Assembly (NCBI GenBank): GCA_973895155.1
Contig: OZ316897.1
Span: forward strand, 3,566,211 to 3,630,210
Source of the DNA: Marsupella aquatica
Lineage: Eukaryota; Plantae; Marchantiophyta
Direction of reading: 5' to 3'
Length of the DNA: 64,000 nucleotides
Positions 52,447 through 64,000 of this stretch are shown piece after piece. A program made the position numbers and the translations under genes. How positions within the stretch are numbered: the first letter of the stretch is position 1; every line of letters starts with the position of its first letter. The notes beneath the pieces are model-generated. The model did no database searches and was not told the origin of the DNA. It saw nothing but the letters and a program-made list of their open reading frames with translations.

Positions 52447-53566
52447 CTGCAGTACTCTCCGCCTTTCCCTCTCTCCTCTACAATTCTCCAGCTACTCCTG
52501 CCTAGCGAACTCAGCAGACACCTCACTCACCCCGTGGCAAATCTCCTCCCCTGTCTATCAGTCATTCAAAACTCCGATCAGATTCTGTCGCAAACAATCC
52601 GACCTGCGCTTGCCATACAACTAAATGTTCGAGTTTTCGTTCTACCGCACCGAATAGATAAATCTGTGATCTCAAGTATTTCTTCCGCTACCAAGCCAAC
52701 CCTCCGAGCGCTTCCCTGGAGCACAGCACAGGCTGTCGACTAAACCTCACCAATCTACTGGCTTAATTCCCAATCTTGCAATCCGCAAATGTCCACATGA
52801 ACAACACTCCCGCGACCGTATCCGACTTTCTTCCCCAGACGCCTCCCTTCCCCAAGATCGACGAAACACATCGCCTCCCTCTCTCCGACATCGATGAAGA
52901 TGATCCTCCATCCACTCATTTCCCCCCTCTCCTCGGTCAGTAAAGTCCACCTTCCCAGCCAGAGCTTCCTCCTCTCCTATATACATTCAACTGCAAAAGT
53001 CACAAATATTACCATAACCATGAGACCAGATCACAAACGTGACGAGACCTAAAGCCAAAGAAACCTGATCAGCACGAGAAAACTACAGCTTCAGAGTCAC
53101 ACAATTCCACTTCCACTTCAGCAAGAAAACCGATCCACCCGAGAACCAGGGCCTCGAAGTTCGAACCTCCGCCTCTCTCTCCCGTCTCCTCGCTTCCTCC
53201 TACTTAGAAAAAAGAATTCCTCGTCGCCTCGTCAGCCTCTCCATATCAAAGCCAAGTAAAGCAAACCCAAGCCATGCAATGCGTCGTTCCTATCTGGGAC
53301 TGTGCTGATGAGCGCAGAGAGCTCCTCCCCCCCCCGCATTGGAGATCAATTTGTTGCTTGGAATGGAATCGCTTTGGCGCTGGCGAAAGGCGTTCTGAGC
53401 TTGGTCAAGATTCTCTCACCTGGATCCATCCAGTAGTGGAAGGAATATGCAAAGCGGGAGGGGTTGGGTTGGAAGGGGCCCGCAGCCCACTCCCACAGAG
53501 TCTTGGCCCATGACCCTCTCCTCTCTCTCACCCAATCTTCTTACTTTCTCCTTTCGCACGCAGCTG

Positions 53567-53600
53567 CTTCTCTTCTCTTCTCTTCTCTTCTCTTCTCTTC
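53567..53600. repeat. (CTTCT)n microsatellite
   Basis: Direct reading of the sequence. Confidence 0.9.
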
Positions 53601-53677
53601 TCGTGCCTTCTCTTCTCTTTTGCGCTGCGGTCGGTGCATGCATGCCCCCAAAACACCAAATCTGGACAACACTGCGA

Positions 53678-54540
53678 GACTTTGGGGACTAAATAGGTGG
53701 CGTTTCTATGCTCTAGCCTGGCTATGGACTCTCAAATAGGAGGCGATTAGATGCTCTGGCCAGAGTATGTGAGTCTTTGGGGACTCTCAAATAGGAGGCG
53801 TTTGTAAGCTCTGGCCTCACTATGCCAGACTTTGGGGACTCTCCAGTAGGAAGCGTTTCTATGCTCTAGCCTGACTATTCGAGACTTTGGGGACAAATAG
53901 GAGGCAATTATATGCTCTAGCCTGACTATGGCAGAGTTTGGGGACTCTCAAGTAGGAGGCGGTTGAATGCTCTAGCCTTGACTATGCGAGACTTTGGGGA
54001 CTCTCAAATAGGAGGCGATGATTGTATGTTCTAGCCTGACTATGCCAAACTTTGGGGACTCTCAAATAGGAGGCGTTAATATGCTCTAGCCTGACTATGG
54101 AGACTTTGGGGACTCTCAAATAGGAGGCAATTATATGCTCTAGCCTGACTATGCCAGACTTTGGGGACTCTCAAATAGGAGGCGATTATATGCTCACTAT
54201 GCCAGACTTTGGGGACTCTCAAATAGGAGGCGATGATTATATGTTCTAGCCTGACTATGCCAGACTTTGGGGACTCTCAAATAGGAGGCGTTAATATGCT
54301 CTAGCCTGAGTATGCCAGACTTTGGGGACTCTCAAATAGGAGGCGATTATATGCTCTAGCCTGACTATGCCAGACTCTGGGGACTCTCAAATAGGAGGCG
54401 ATTATATGCTCTGGGCTCACTATGCCAGACTTTGGGGACTCTCATATAGGAGGCGATTATATGCTCTAGCCTGACTACTGTAGACGAGACTTTTCGGACT
54501 CTCAAATAATAGCAGGCGTTGATGTGCTCTAGCCTGACTC
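53678..54540. repeat. 55-bp minisatellite, ~16 units, decaying into longer variant units up to ~54930
   Basis: Consensus gactttggggactctcaaataggaggcgattatatgctctagcctgactatgcca. Confidence 0.95.
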
Positions 54541-57112
54541 CCCGTGCTTTTGAAATAATTATGGGGCCTTTATATGCTCTAGCCTGATTAGGCGTTCTTT
54601 TGAAATAAATATAAGTTTATATAAAAGAAAAATCATTCCCAGGAAATATAAGATAGTTATGCTGTAGCCTGACTACCTAGTCTTTTGAAATAAATATAGG
54701 TGACAACAACAACTTGCCATAAAAGTTCCTTAATATTAACACTCGTTTATAATTTGTCTCCGTTCCCTACACCCCTAAAGGCCCGTTCTTTTGAAATAAA
54801 TATGAGTTTATATGCTCTAGCCTGACTACCTGTTCTTTTGAAATAAATATAGGTGACTACAACACCTTGCAAGAAAAAATTAATTATTATTGGCCCTCAT
54901 TTATAATTTGTTTCCATTCCCTGGACCCCCAAAGCTTAGTGATGCAGGCAGAGTTCCATTCTAGAGGTGTCTCTATACCTAGGCCATAAAAGTAGGTTTC
55001 TATAGCTAATTACTAGTAAGATACGGTAAAGTCCTGTCTGGAGGGCATTATGCTCCATGAATGCCTTGAAAAATGAAACAGGAAAGTCCAGAAGGACATT
55101 AAGTATACAGTAAAGTCCCATTTATAGGCCATTGTGGGATATAATGCTAGTGGGTTAGAGCCATGACCCCTGAGTGGTCTTGGACTAACGAGCATAAGCC
55201 ATGAGTGTAGTTTGCTCTATTTTTTACCTGAAAATTGGGACTGAAATTGGATAGCCCTCCAGGTAGGCTAGTAGGGGGATCAAAATCTCATTTACCCAAA
55301 ACCAGGCTGGCTCATATCCATCCATAGAAATAGAAAATTACAGGAGGGTTTACAATTGCCTAATGCCCCAAACAGCAAGAAATTGGGAATCTCAATGCAT
55401 TTATATTTAGTCTCAAAATTATAGTGTCACCAGCCCAATGCCTGTGCGTTGGACAGTATCGTGTGTATTATAAGTGATGTTGAGCAGAGATGTTGTCAAA
55501 CATGGCACTCTACAAAATGAGCAGAGGCAGCAGTTGCATTTTTTTCCCTTGCGTCTCCCAAACTTCACCGTAAATTTATGTCAAGGTTCACTTACAAATA
55601 AAGAGGAGACCACTTGGTGTGTAAATTTACTACTCCTAGTTGGACTGAAGTGGGTCCCTGGTTTTTTGCTTGTGTTTGTGTACATCATATACTCTTTGTC
55701 TGTTATTTAGACCACCTCTGGAGGTGGTGTAAAATTTGATCCAAAGGACATTGTAGTTTTTAGCTGACACACTTCTGCTTGATGATCTTCTGGCACTGAT
55801 TTATCCCTCCTTAATTAGCCGTTGATCTCTTGCTGGTGTCTTGGCGTGGGTGTCTGCTGGATTGCCATGGGATGATGGTAGCACAAGTGTCTGGTCTTTC
55901 TTGTAAATTGCCCCTAAGTGAGATGGCCATTGGCGAGGTGGCCTGGCAACTGGATTTAAAGGAGGTAGGGAGTTGCAAGGAGAGTGACTGGCTGGGCACA
56001 GAAAGGAGCACAAGGGCACCTTAGGCCATCTCTTGTTTAGAAATAATCACCTTTTGACACCATAATCAGACAATGAGGGAGGCTCATGGCCAGAATGACA
56101 TCTTGTAAACAGACTCTGAGAAAGAAACATCTAAATTACATATTACAAAGTTTAGATGAAGCTCCATGCCAAACATTTTTGCTCCCATTAGTTCTTACCT
56201 AAATTTCCATGGTATTTATTCAGACAAGTATTTTAGCAAAAAGAGCATTTGGGGGATTCCATCTAAGTTCAAAGGTTAGGTTAGAGATCTCATCATAGTA
56301 GCTTATGTATATTATAATGCCCTGTACAGGGGTATTGTGGGCTATAACTATCCAAAAAATGAGGGCTTTAGCCGAAGTGTTGAGTGATTATTGCCTCTAA
56401 TACCCTGGTAACAAGTTTGTATTAGAGACAAGGGTCAAGGTCAAGGCTAATCAATGTGATTAGCATTGATTAGCCCGTACCTAGCTGCCTGCTGCCCGCT
56501 TTTCCTGCTGTCGGTATCAAGTTAAATACAGGGCGCGAATAGCTATGGTCAGCAGCTGCCCCCAGGCTGGGTGGCAACAAGCTCAGTTGTGCTGGGCACA
56601 TCTCAAGATCAAATAGTGCTGGTGACAAATGCTTTTGTCATCACCCCACCCAAAATTGGAGTTCATTCATTCCCTTGTCACACTTAGAAAAGTGTGAGAA
56701 TTGAAAAAAGACAGGCAGCACATTCAATCACGGGTCAGGGCGGCTCATTGTGAGCCTCAAAGGTGTCTTTTGTCTTGTCTGATGTAGCTCCTCATATTCT
56801 GGGAGATTATCCCCCCAATTTACCAGGCAATAGCTAGACCAGCATGAACAGCTTTTTGCCTCAAAATGGATACTTATTAAGCAATAAATTCCAAAAGCTT
56901 TAAAGAGGCACACACCACCAGCATGATCTTGAACCAGGAGAAGGGTGTGGACATTGACACCCTAAGCTCCAACATAATGCAACACCACATTTGAAGCCTG
57001 CAGCATTTATTACGGTTCATGTTCCACTGATTCAAAGGTGGAATTGATAAACATTATCCACAGGGTGGGTGGAATACTCTGAGACTGATGGGACTTCTCA
57101 TATTTACAATTA

Positions 57113-57230
57113 CTAGCCTGAATTCCAGCACTTTGCTCGTAAATATATGATCAACCACTAGCCTGAATTCCAGCACTTTGCTCGTAAATAGACGATCAAC
57201 TTCTAGCCTGAATTCCAGCACTTTGCTCAC
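57113..57230. repeat. 45-bp tandem repeat, ~2.6 copies
   Basis: ctagcctgaattccagcactttgctc starts at 57113, 57158 and 57203. Confidence 0.88.
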
Positions 57231-57476
57231 AAATCTCATTAGTTATTCATAGAAAGTTACTTGTATGGCCTATGTCTGGGGTGAAGCCTCTAGACCACTC
57301 TGCCTGCCTTACATAACTTTGGGGGTGCCCCCAAGGAATGGGGACATATCATAAATGAAAGTGAAGGATATGCAATCTTTTTCTTGCAAAGTTCTTTTGT
57401 ACTCACTTATATTTACAGTACATGCAAAATAACGGGTAGTCTGGCTAGTAGAGGATGAATATCATGACACTCATTT

Positions 57477-57670
57477 TCAGTTCCACCCCAACATTAGCTG
57501 TGCCCCCCAAAATATGTGATGAATAACATCGAGCAGATCTCCAGTTTCACCCCAACACGGGCTGTGCCCCAAGGTCATGGTCCGGAGACAGAATAGATGA
57601 CGAATACCATCAGGCAGATTTCCAGTTTCACTTCAACACTAGCTGTGCCCCAAGGTCATGGTCCGGAGAC
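57477..57670. repeat. Imperfect direct repeats (2-3 copies)
   Basis: cagtttcac.ccaacac..gctgtgccccaaggtcatggtccggagac is repeated. Confidence 0.75.
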
Positions 57671-58320
57671 TTCACTTTAGACCATATGCCCTTCTCCTTG
57701 CATTTTATCACACTTTTCTCCTAGCTTTAATTCACACTTCATTAGATAAATTGTGATGGATTACATTATCCAATGAGATCCTCTCGATTGGTACAAACTA
57801 GGTTACTGTCCATTTTCAAAATGATGGGACTCTTCATATTTACACTCATTTGTGATGGGTTGCATTGGCCAACGTGGTTGTTTCTTGTGAGAGAAAATAA
57901 GCTTAAACCGTCACTGTCCATTTTCAAAGCCTGGGTCACCACAATTAGTCCATAATGTTCTTAACAAAATAAGAAAGAAAAACAAATGAGACGGCAATAT
58001 CCTCCCACAACTTCTGGGACAGTGGCCTTAGCCAATTTACCGTCCCAGCTGAATGAGGACATGCTAATTTGTATATGAACCGTTATCAAGGGTATACTAA
58101 GGATGGCAACATTGACAGGGATAGCATAGTAAGCTCAAGAACAAACCGATTTGCATGGTAATGTTGACTATGCACCCATTCGAAGCTCTCTAGCTAAAGG
58201 CACTCTTAACAATCTAATCAAGAAACGGTTGGGAAGTAAACGGCCTCCTGTGGGTAGGATATGGGTAGAGTATGTAACAAAAGAACTAAATATTAACAAC
58301 ACCCCTGTCCAAGGTTGGGT

Positions 58321-60758
58321 TCAAACAGCTGCCAATGGATTGAGATGGACACTGAACGCTAGCCTCCAAAGGTCGCTGAAACACACGCTGGCGAACTTCG
58401 TCATCTGCATCAACCGCCTGCCATTCATGTTACACCATTAATAACCCATATTGACATGGTAGACTCACATTTGAAGTCCTCAGAAGGTGCTATGGCTAAT
58501 GATGATCAATACGATCAAAGGCTACCAGGGTAGGCTCTCACTTTCTCACGACATGTTGGTTCCGCAATATTGCAAAAACAAGTACAGAGGCGAACGCTCC
58601 TGTAAAAAGCGTTTTACTTTGTGGCAGCTTTCTGTGTCTTGTTATCCACTTGGAGCCAGAAGTCAAGCTGAGTCGAATAATCACCAACTCTACCAGTCTC
58701 ATAACTGTTCTCACAAACGGCAATCTCCAGATTCCAGTTCCCTTTAAAACTCTAAATTTCGACTCCTCTGAAGCTGCAGTTGACTGGGCCCCCGCTGCTT
58801 CTGTTAACTCCATACTTGTGCTAGATTCGTGCTCGAGAGATCGAGCACCGTCGTTTTCTTCTCCTACGGTTTGAACTGGTTGGGCGACCACTCTGGGACT
58901 CGTCTCATTTCTCTGGTTTGTACTCTTGCTGAGACTTGGTTTTTGTGAATGAGAAACCAGCTGAAGTCTTTGTAAGATGACCTGTTATTATTGAAACCAA
59001 GAACATATTGCATGAACCTTGTCAGCGTCAAGATCACTCAAAGACAAGTGGAGGATCCAATACAGAAATAGTCTGTGGCGTCACCTGAGAAACAAGGTAA
59101 GAAGTGGTCTCTGTGCATTTTTAGATTACATAGCTAATCAAAACAGCTTTTGACATGGAGACAGAGCCGGCGACACGACCAACAATGTTGAGAAAACGAT
59201 AAGTTGCCGGTGAGCATCACATAGAATCACCTGCATTTCTTCTTCTGAAATACTTGAATTCTGAATCCAGAGTTGAGCTGCCACGTAATTTTTGTGCAGC
59301 TTTGCAAGAACCTCAATAGCATAAATTTGTGTGAGTTGCAAGTAGTTCGTTCTCGAGAGATAAACTTTGTGAGCCGTTCCGTTGGACTCAATCTCGCTTA
59401 TGCTGGATTTGTCATTGAAATCTTTGCTTACAGGAAATTCAACAACTTTCGCCATAAGCCCATCTGAACTGCCTTCTATTGATCTCCAGCCGCTCAAGTA
59501 CTCTTCTATAGCTTCTTGTGATGCAGGATGGAAGCCCATAGATAGCTGCAAACATGTTCTGTCCAGACGACAGATTCTTGTCAGACTAGTTACAAAAAAT
59601 GAAGCAAGACTGACATTTCTCTGGAAATTGAATACGTCGACAATCTGGGCAATGATGGAAAAGTTTATTACCCTGTAAGAATCAAGGAATAAGGCACCTT
59701 TCCCACACCATCGAAAATAGATATCAGTTCATCAAAAATGTTGCAGGGTCTGCAAATGCAGCGGACAAGGTGAGTAGACTACAAGAATGCCACGACCTAA
59801 GAATTTTCGTTTTCAGATGTACACAAGTGAGAAAGATGAGTTCGCAAATAAAGTTCTCAGAAACATATGGGCTGAGGGAACAAAAATTGACGAAGTGACT
59901 TTCTAATTTCGAAATGGAAGTTTCTGGTTTAACTTCAAATGGAAGAACGTTGGCAACGAACTTTCACTGCAGTTTCAGCAAGACTAGCAGACATTTTCAT
60001 TCAAGAGAAGAACTTTGCTCAAGACTGAAGACCGCTCCAAACAGGAAATGGAACAATGAATCACGATGATTCACTCTAACAATTGCCATTTTAGAAACCT
60101 TCCACACCACCAAAAAAATGCTAACCTGTCCATTTGATTCACAGCCTGCAACAATACCATCCCTGCAGCCTCAACCATCGTGACTACGTCCGCACATTCA
60201 TGTCTCTGTCTGGAAGGTTCAGTTTGTGACCAAGCCTGATTCCAAGCATCCCTAACAAGAATGCGAAGGGTAGAACTTGCCACCTCTGCTGCTTCGTCAT
60301 ACATCGCACTCACGAGACATCTGCAGCACAACAGCAATCTTAATTGAAGGACAACGGACACTAAGGGGAAGTTAATCCTTAAGACCTTTTGAAGAACTCA
60401 TAGGTGGAAAAATGAAATTTAATAAGTTTGGATTCTTCTGAGTTTTCAAGTACAATGTCTAAATCTACCGATCAAATAAACCTGATCAGTGATCGGAAAC
60501 TGGTGAAGACTCCAGACTGGTCAAGACACTACCTTAGCTGAGATGACAGAGCCTACACAATCTGTAAGATAGACAAGCAGCACTTTGCTATCGACTCACA
60601 CTGACGAAACTTCCAATGCCATCTCTAGAAGCTCAAAGTTCATGAACGCAATCCATACAATTAGTCCTGAAATTCCATCTCGTGGGATCAAAGGCAATAT
60701 TCTTTCGGGCATACTTTTCCGCATGATCTATATCAGGCCACATCGTTTGGGTTCCCAT
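58321..60758 (-). CDS. APEM9: APEM9/DAYU-like peroxisomal tail-anchored protein (PEX26/Pex15 analogue); exons 60758-60715, 60320-60126, 59749-59672, 59558-59231, 58981-58542, 58417-58321
   Basis: The spliced product reads MGTQTMWPDIDHAEKCLVSAMYDEA..MVEAAGMVLLQA..ELISIFDGVGKVP..LTGTCLQ..DLWRLAFSVHLNPLAAV*. This fits recalled plant APEM9 motifs, and the splice phases are consistent. Confidence 0.88.
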
Positions 60759-61359
60759 CGAGAATTGGTGGTGCTGACACAACTCTGTCTCAAATTGCTA
60801 CGCCGGCGCACTCCCAGACCAACTTGATTCCCGACCTGGTCACCAGATTCTCAAGCAGCAGCTTAGCGAAGCTGCAAGCGGCTAGGTCTGCAGGGACGCA
60901 CTCATCAAGTATAGTCTTGGCTCGTAACTACCGTCCCCGCAACCATCTCTCCTTCCCCAGCTGCTCTGCCCAAGCGTCGAATCTGGTCAGAATTCACCAT
61001 ATCCCTTTCAAAATGCACTCGACTGAAATGAACTACATCAATTTGAGATTACTAGCCTAGGTTGAGCAATCAATCGACTTTCCTGTGCTCTGCCTGTGGC
61101 AAGGCCTAGAAACAGAGCTACTTCTCGTTCCAATTAGTTAAAAGAAGTCATCGCGCAAATCTGGTACACCCATTTTGCGACAGCAATTGCTCCGCAGTGC
61201 CTCTTTAGGTTTTCTCATAAATCCTTGGAAGAGTTCAATAAATTTAAGTAGGGCCAGTTCGCGTTGCCGTAATACACTCGAGTCTAATTTGTACCCGGCA
61301 GGATGCAGTTCCTCATATTATGATGAAAATGCACGAAGTACCACAAAATATCCAAATTG

Positions 61360-61495
61360 GCGAGAACTTACGTGCTACAAAAAACCAACAATCCTAGCAG
61401 GTGCAGCCAATCCTTATCCCGCTGCTCCACAGAAGTTTCCCCCCTCGGCACCAAATTAACGTTCACCCGAGTTCCAGAGAATGCTGAGCTCTATC
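61360..61495. repeat. ~130-bp dispersed repeat; second copy at ~63680-63810
   Basis: caatcct.gcaggtgcagccaatccttatcc..ctcggcaccaaatt.acgttcaccc.agttccagagaatgct.agctc is present at both sites. Confidence 0.8.
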
Positions 61496-61649
61496 TATCC
61501 AAAGATCTTGCCTCCGGCACGAACAGTTCGTTCTCTTGACCAAATCCTCGTCTCTGCTCCTCAGCCACGCCACTACGCTGCTCCTCAGCGATCTCTCCGA
61601 ATACGCACGTGCTGTGACCGTTTTTGTCTATGCCTAGATCAAGAATCGA

Positions 61650-63320
61650 AACTAATGGTAACCTACTGCCGGAGATCTTGAATCTTCAGCAGTCCTGCAG
61701 CATCCTCTTTTCCATAAAAATAGGGTTCCTACGACAAATACCAGTAAAACTGAAGTTTTGTACAACGAATCTATAATAAAAAGGTCAAGCGCATAATCAT
61801 CCTTAACCTGTAAAATCTCAACCAATGAAACCGGGTCAATAAGGTGAAGCCCGACGAGCTCACAAAACTGAGGAGATTGACTCTGAGGGTATGTTACCAA
61901 TATTTGCGTTACTGCATACGAAAAATTAAGACCCGCCTACTCAGTATGGATAAGAGAATATGCGATCCATACAAATAACTAAGTGAGATTGAATGTCAAA
62001 TCTAAGTTCGCAATCCATGAAAGAATATCCAGTAAACGCCTTTCCTTGGTCTACAGTTGCAACTCTGCAGGATGTGGTGAAAGCAAAAAAGCAATTTTTG
62101 CTTTCCAGGTTGACCGTTTATCGGAAGCAAAGACTCTGGTGGATTTCCAGAAATCCGAAGTTACTCAAATCTTCGTGAGGTATCGCAGAAGGTAGCAACA
62201 GCAACAGGACGCATACTCTTTTACAACATAGCATAAACAGAAATGCCACACCAGTTCATGAACTTACACTTGTCCCCTGCCCATGAAATCGACCGAATTG
62301 AATCGTCTAAACCTGAATGACGAGCACCATCGTGAGATGATCAGCCAACAAATTGAACTACCACTACGTGACATATGCGAATTCTAACCTCAGGAGCGGT
62401 GTCTTCCCAGTTGAATAAGATGTTAAGTGAACCATACCCAGCTGCAAGCAAAAAACATTCACTTGTAGCAAACATGGATCTCATACCTCATCTTCGTCTT
62501 GAGTTTCTAATTCGAGATCAGAAAGAGCATATCCTACACGGAGGAGGCCATAACCCTGCAGATTCAAACAGAGAAAAAGGGGCCCGCAATCAGTGGGATC
62601 TCTACCTGGATGAGTTCGTGCCTTTTATCTCCCATTGACCTGATGCATACCCTGTTCTAAAACCATTTAATTCTCATTACAAACATACATTATAGGGTAA
62701 AGAAATGCTCAGCATCTTCTTCTTTTAGATGACATTAAGACCAGAAGAACTCCGTCTATACCTTCTCCGTGAGAACAGCAGAGATGCCGAGAGCTTCATT
62801 GTCCTGATCTGACTCGTACTGCGCATGTGTGCAACATCCTGTACAAATAGCCCGGGAGTTACTGCAATTCCAAAACTTCCCTAGATGATTTCAAGTCTTG
62901 ATAAAAAACACCGAATTTTCTTCTTACTTTGAGCTTAACCGTCTGAAAATTCCCCAAAATTAACTGGGAGGCTTCTCATCATCGGGAAGTGGGAATGCAA
63001 TTTCATACAGTCGACAGATTTTGTAAGGAAAAATTGGTTGGCAGCTCGGTGGAGAACAATTTCTTTGTTAAGGAGCTTCGCCGTAGAGGAAAGTTTTTGC
63101 CCTGACATTCAGTCCAGATTTTCTCATGTTCCAGATATCGACAATTCTCCAATTGCAACACGTCTGAGAGCATAAAACTACCCGTCACTACCTGTGCAGC
63201 GAAGTCTAGAGCTGGACCGTGGATGAGACCAAGCACGTCAGAATCCCAACTACCAAAAGCAACAACACCTTCAATTAACATTGAGAGAGTGTAGCCAGAT
63301 AAATTACTCACCTTGTCTGC
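61650..63320 (-). pseudogene. Possible decayed spliced gene of unknown family
   Basis: Exon-like blocks bounded by AG/GT on the minus strand (e.g. ~62838-62762) with short, interrupted ORFs. No recognisable domain. Confidence 0.25.
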
Positions 63321-64000
63321 ACGAAGCAGGCAGCTGTAAATTATGACCCTCCTGCAGCTTTGAGGATATATGGGTTCGGCAGCAGTTCACAATTTGAAAC
63401 GCCACAACCAGGGGAGAATTGGGTTATCATCTACCTGACTACTGCCGCTACTCCCAGTTGCACTAGCTCGCAGAAAGAATTCCGCTCATGAGACAGGAAT
63501 TGCCGGCTCCCTATTCCTGAATTCACAATTACAGCTCACAAAACGCGAGCTCCCAGCGAGAAACACAAGATCTGACGATCCCACTGCATGAAAAGCTTGA
63601 GGAGACTCCCGGCTATAATCTCTATGGGTTTGCTCTCGAATGTTGGGCCAGAATGATAATTCTCATGCCAAAACGATCGTGCTACAAAACCATTCCTCTC
63701 CAACAATCCTCGCAGGTGCAGCCAATCCTTATCCGGTTGCTCGACATAATTTCCCCTTCTCGGCACCAAATTGACGTTCACCCAAGTTCCAGAGAATGCT
63801 AAGCTCAATCTAAATCAAGGAATTGCGAAAAGCTTGTTTCTAAATCCTAGTAAATATTCATAAGCCACTTCGTCCCCAAATACGGGTGTTAGAGAGAAGG
63901 TAAAAACAACCATTAGGGCACCGCAAATATCCATAACTCCTTCTAGACCTCATTTCTATATTAATTGGTACTAGAAGCAAACAGATATACACATTCATAT

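Noticed and set aside
53678-54540. CRISPR-like array
   Set aside because: The whole unit is repeated, there are no unique spacers or cas genes, and the context is eukaryotic.

Overview
Eukaryotic nuclear DNA from a land plant, most likely a non-seed plant such as a bryophyte. This is inferred from the GT-AG introns, plant-type genes and Ty1/copia elements with a tRNA-Met primer site. From left to right the window holds: an RNase-H-like/RBR E3 ligase (3 exons); a decayed two-domain DUF642-like pseudogene; a vacuolar NHX antiporter with an intron-free CDS; a foldback repeat; a 12-exon aldo-keto reductase; a CRE-type non-LTR fragment; and a ~4.2-4.5 kb segmental duplication carrying two intact, 3-exon, bacterial-looking type I Baeyer-Villiger monooxygenases (BVMOs), separated by a 5'-truncated copia. 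Further right are a full-length but dead copia (301-bp LTRs, CGGTG TSD) with a nested MITE, a solo LTR, a tail-anchored metallo-beta-lactamase-fold gene, a 55-bp minisatellite with higher-order structure, and an APEM9-like peroxisome gene. The most interesting element is the BVMO pair. It looks horizontally acquired and has since gained introns, its substitutions cluster in one substrate-side segment, and it is flanked by a carbonyl reductase and a hydrolase, which may or may not form a functional cluster. Family assignments come from motif recognition and recalled sequences; no database search was run.
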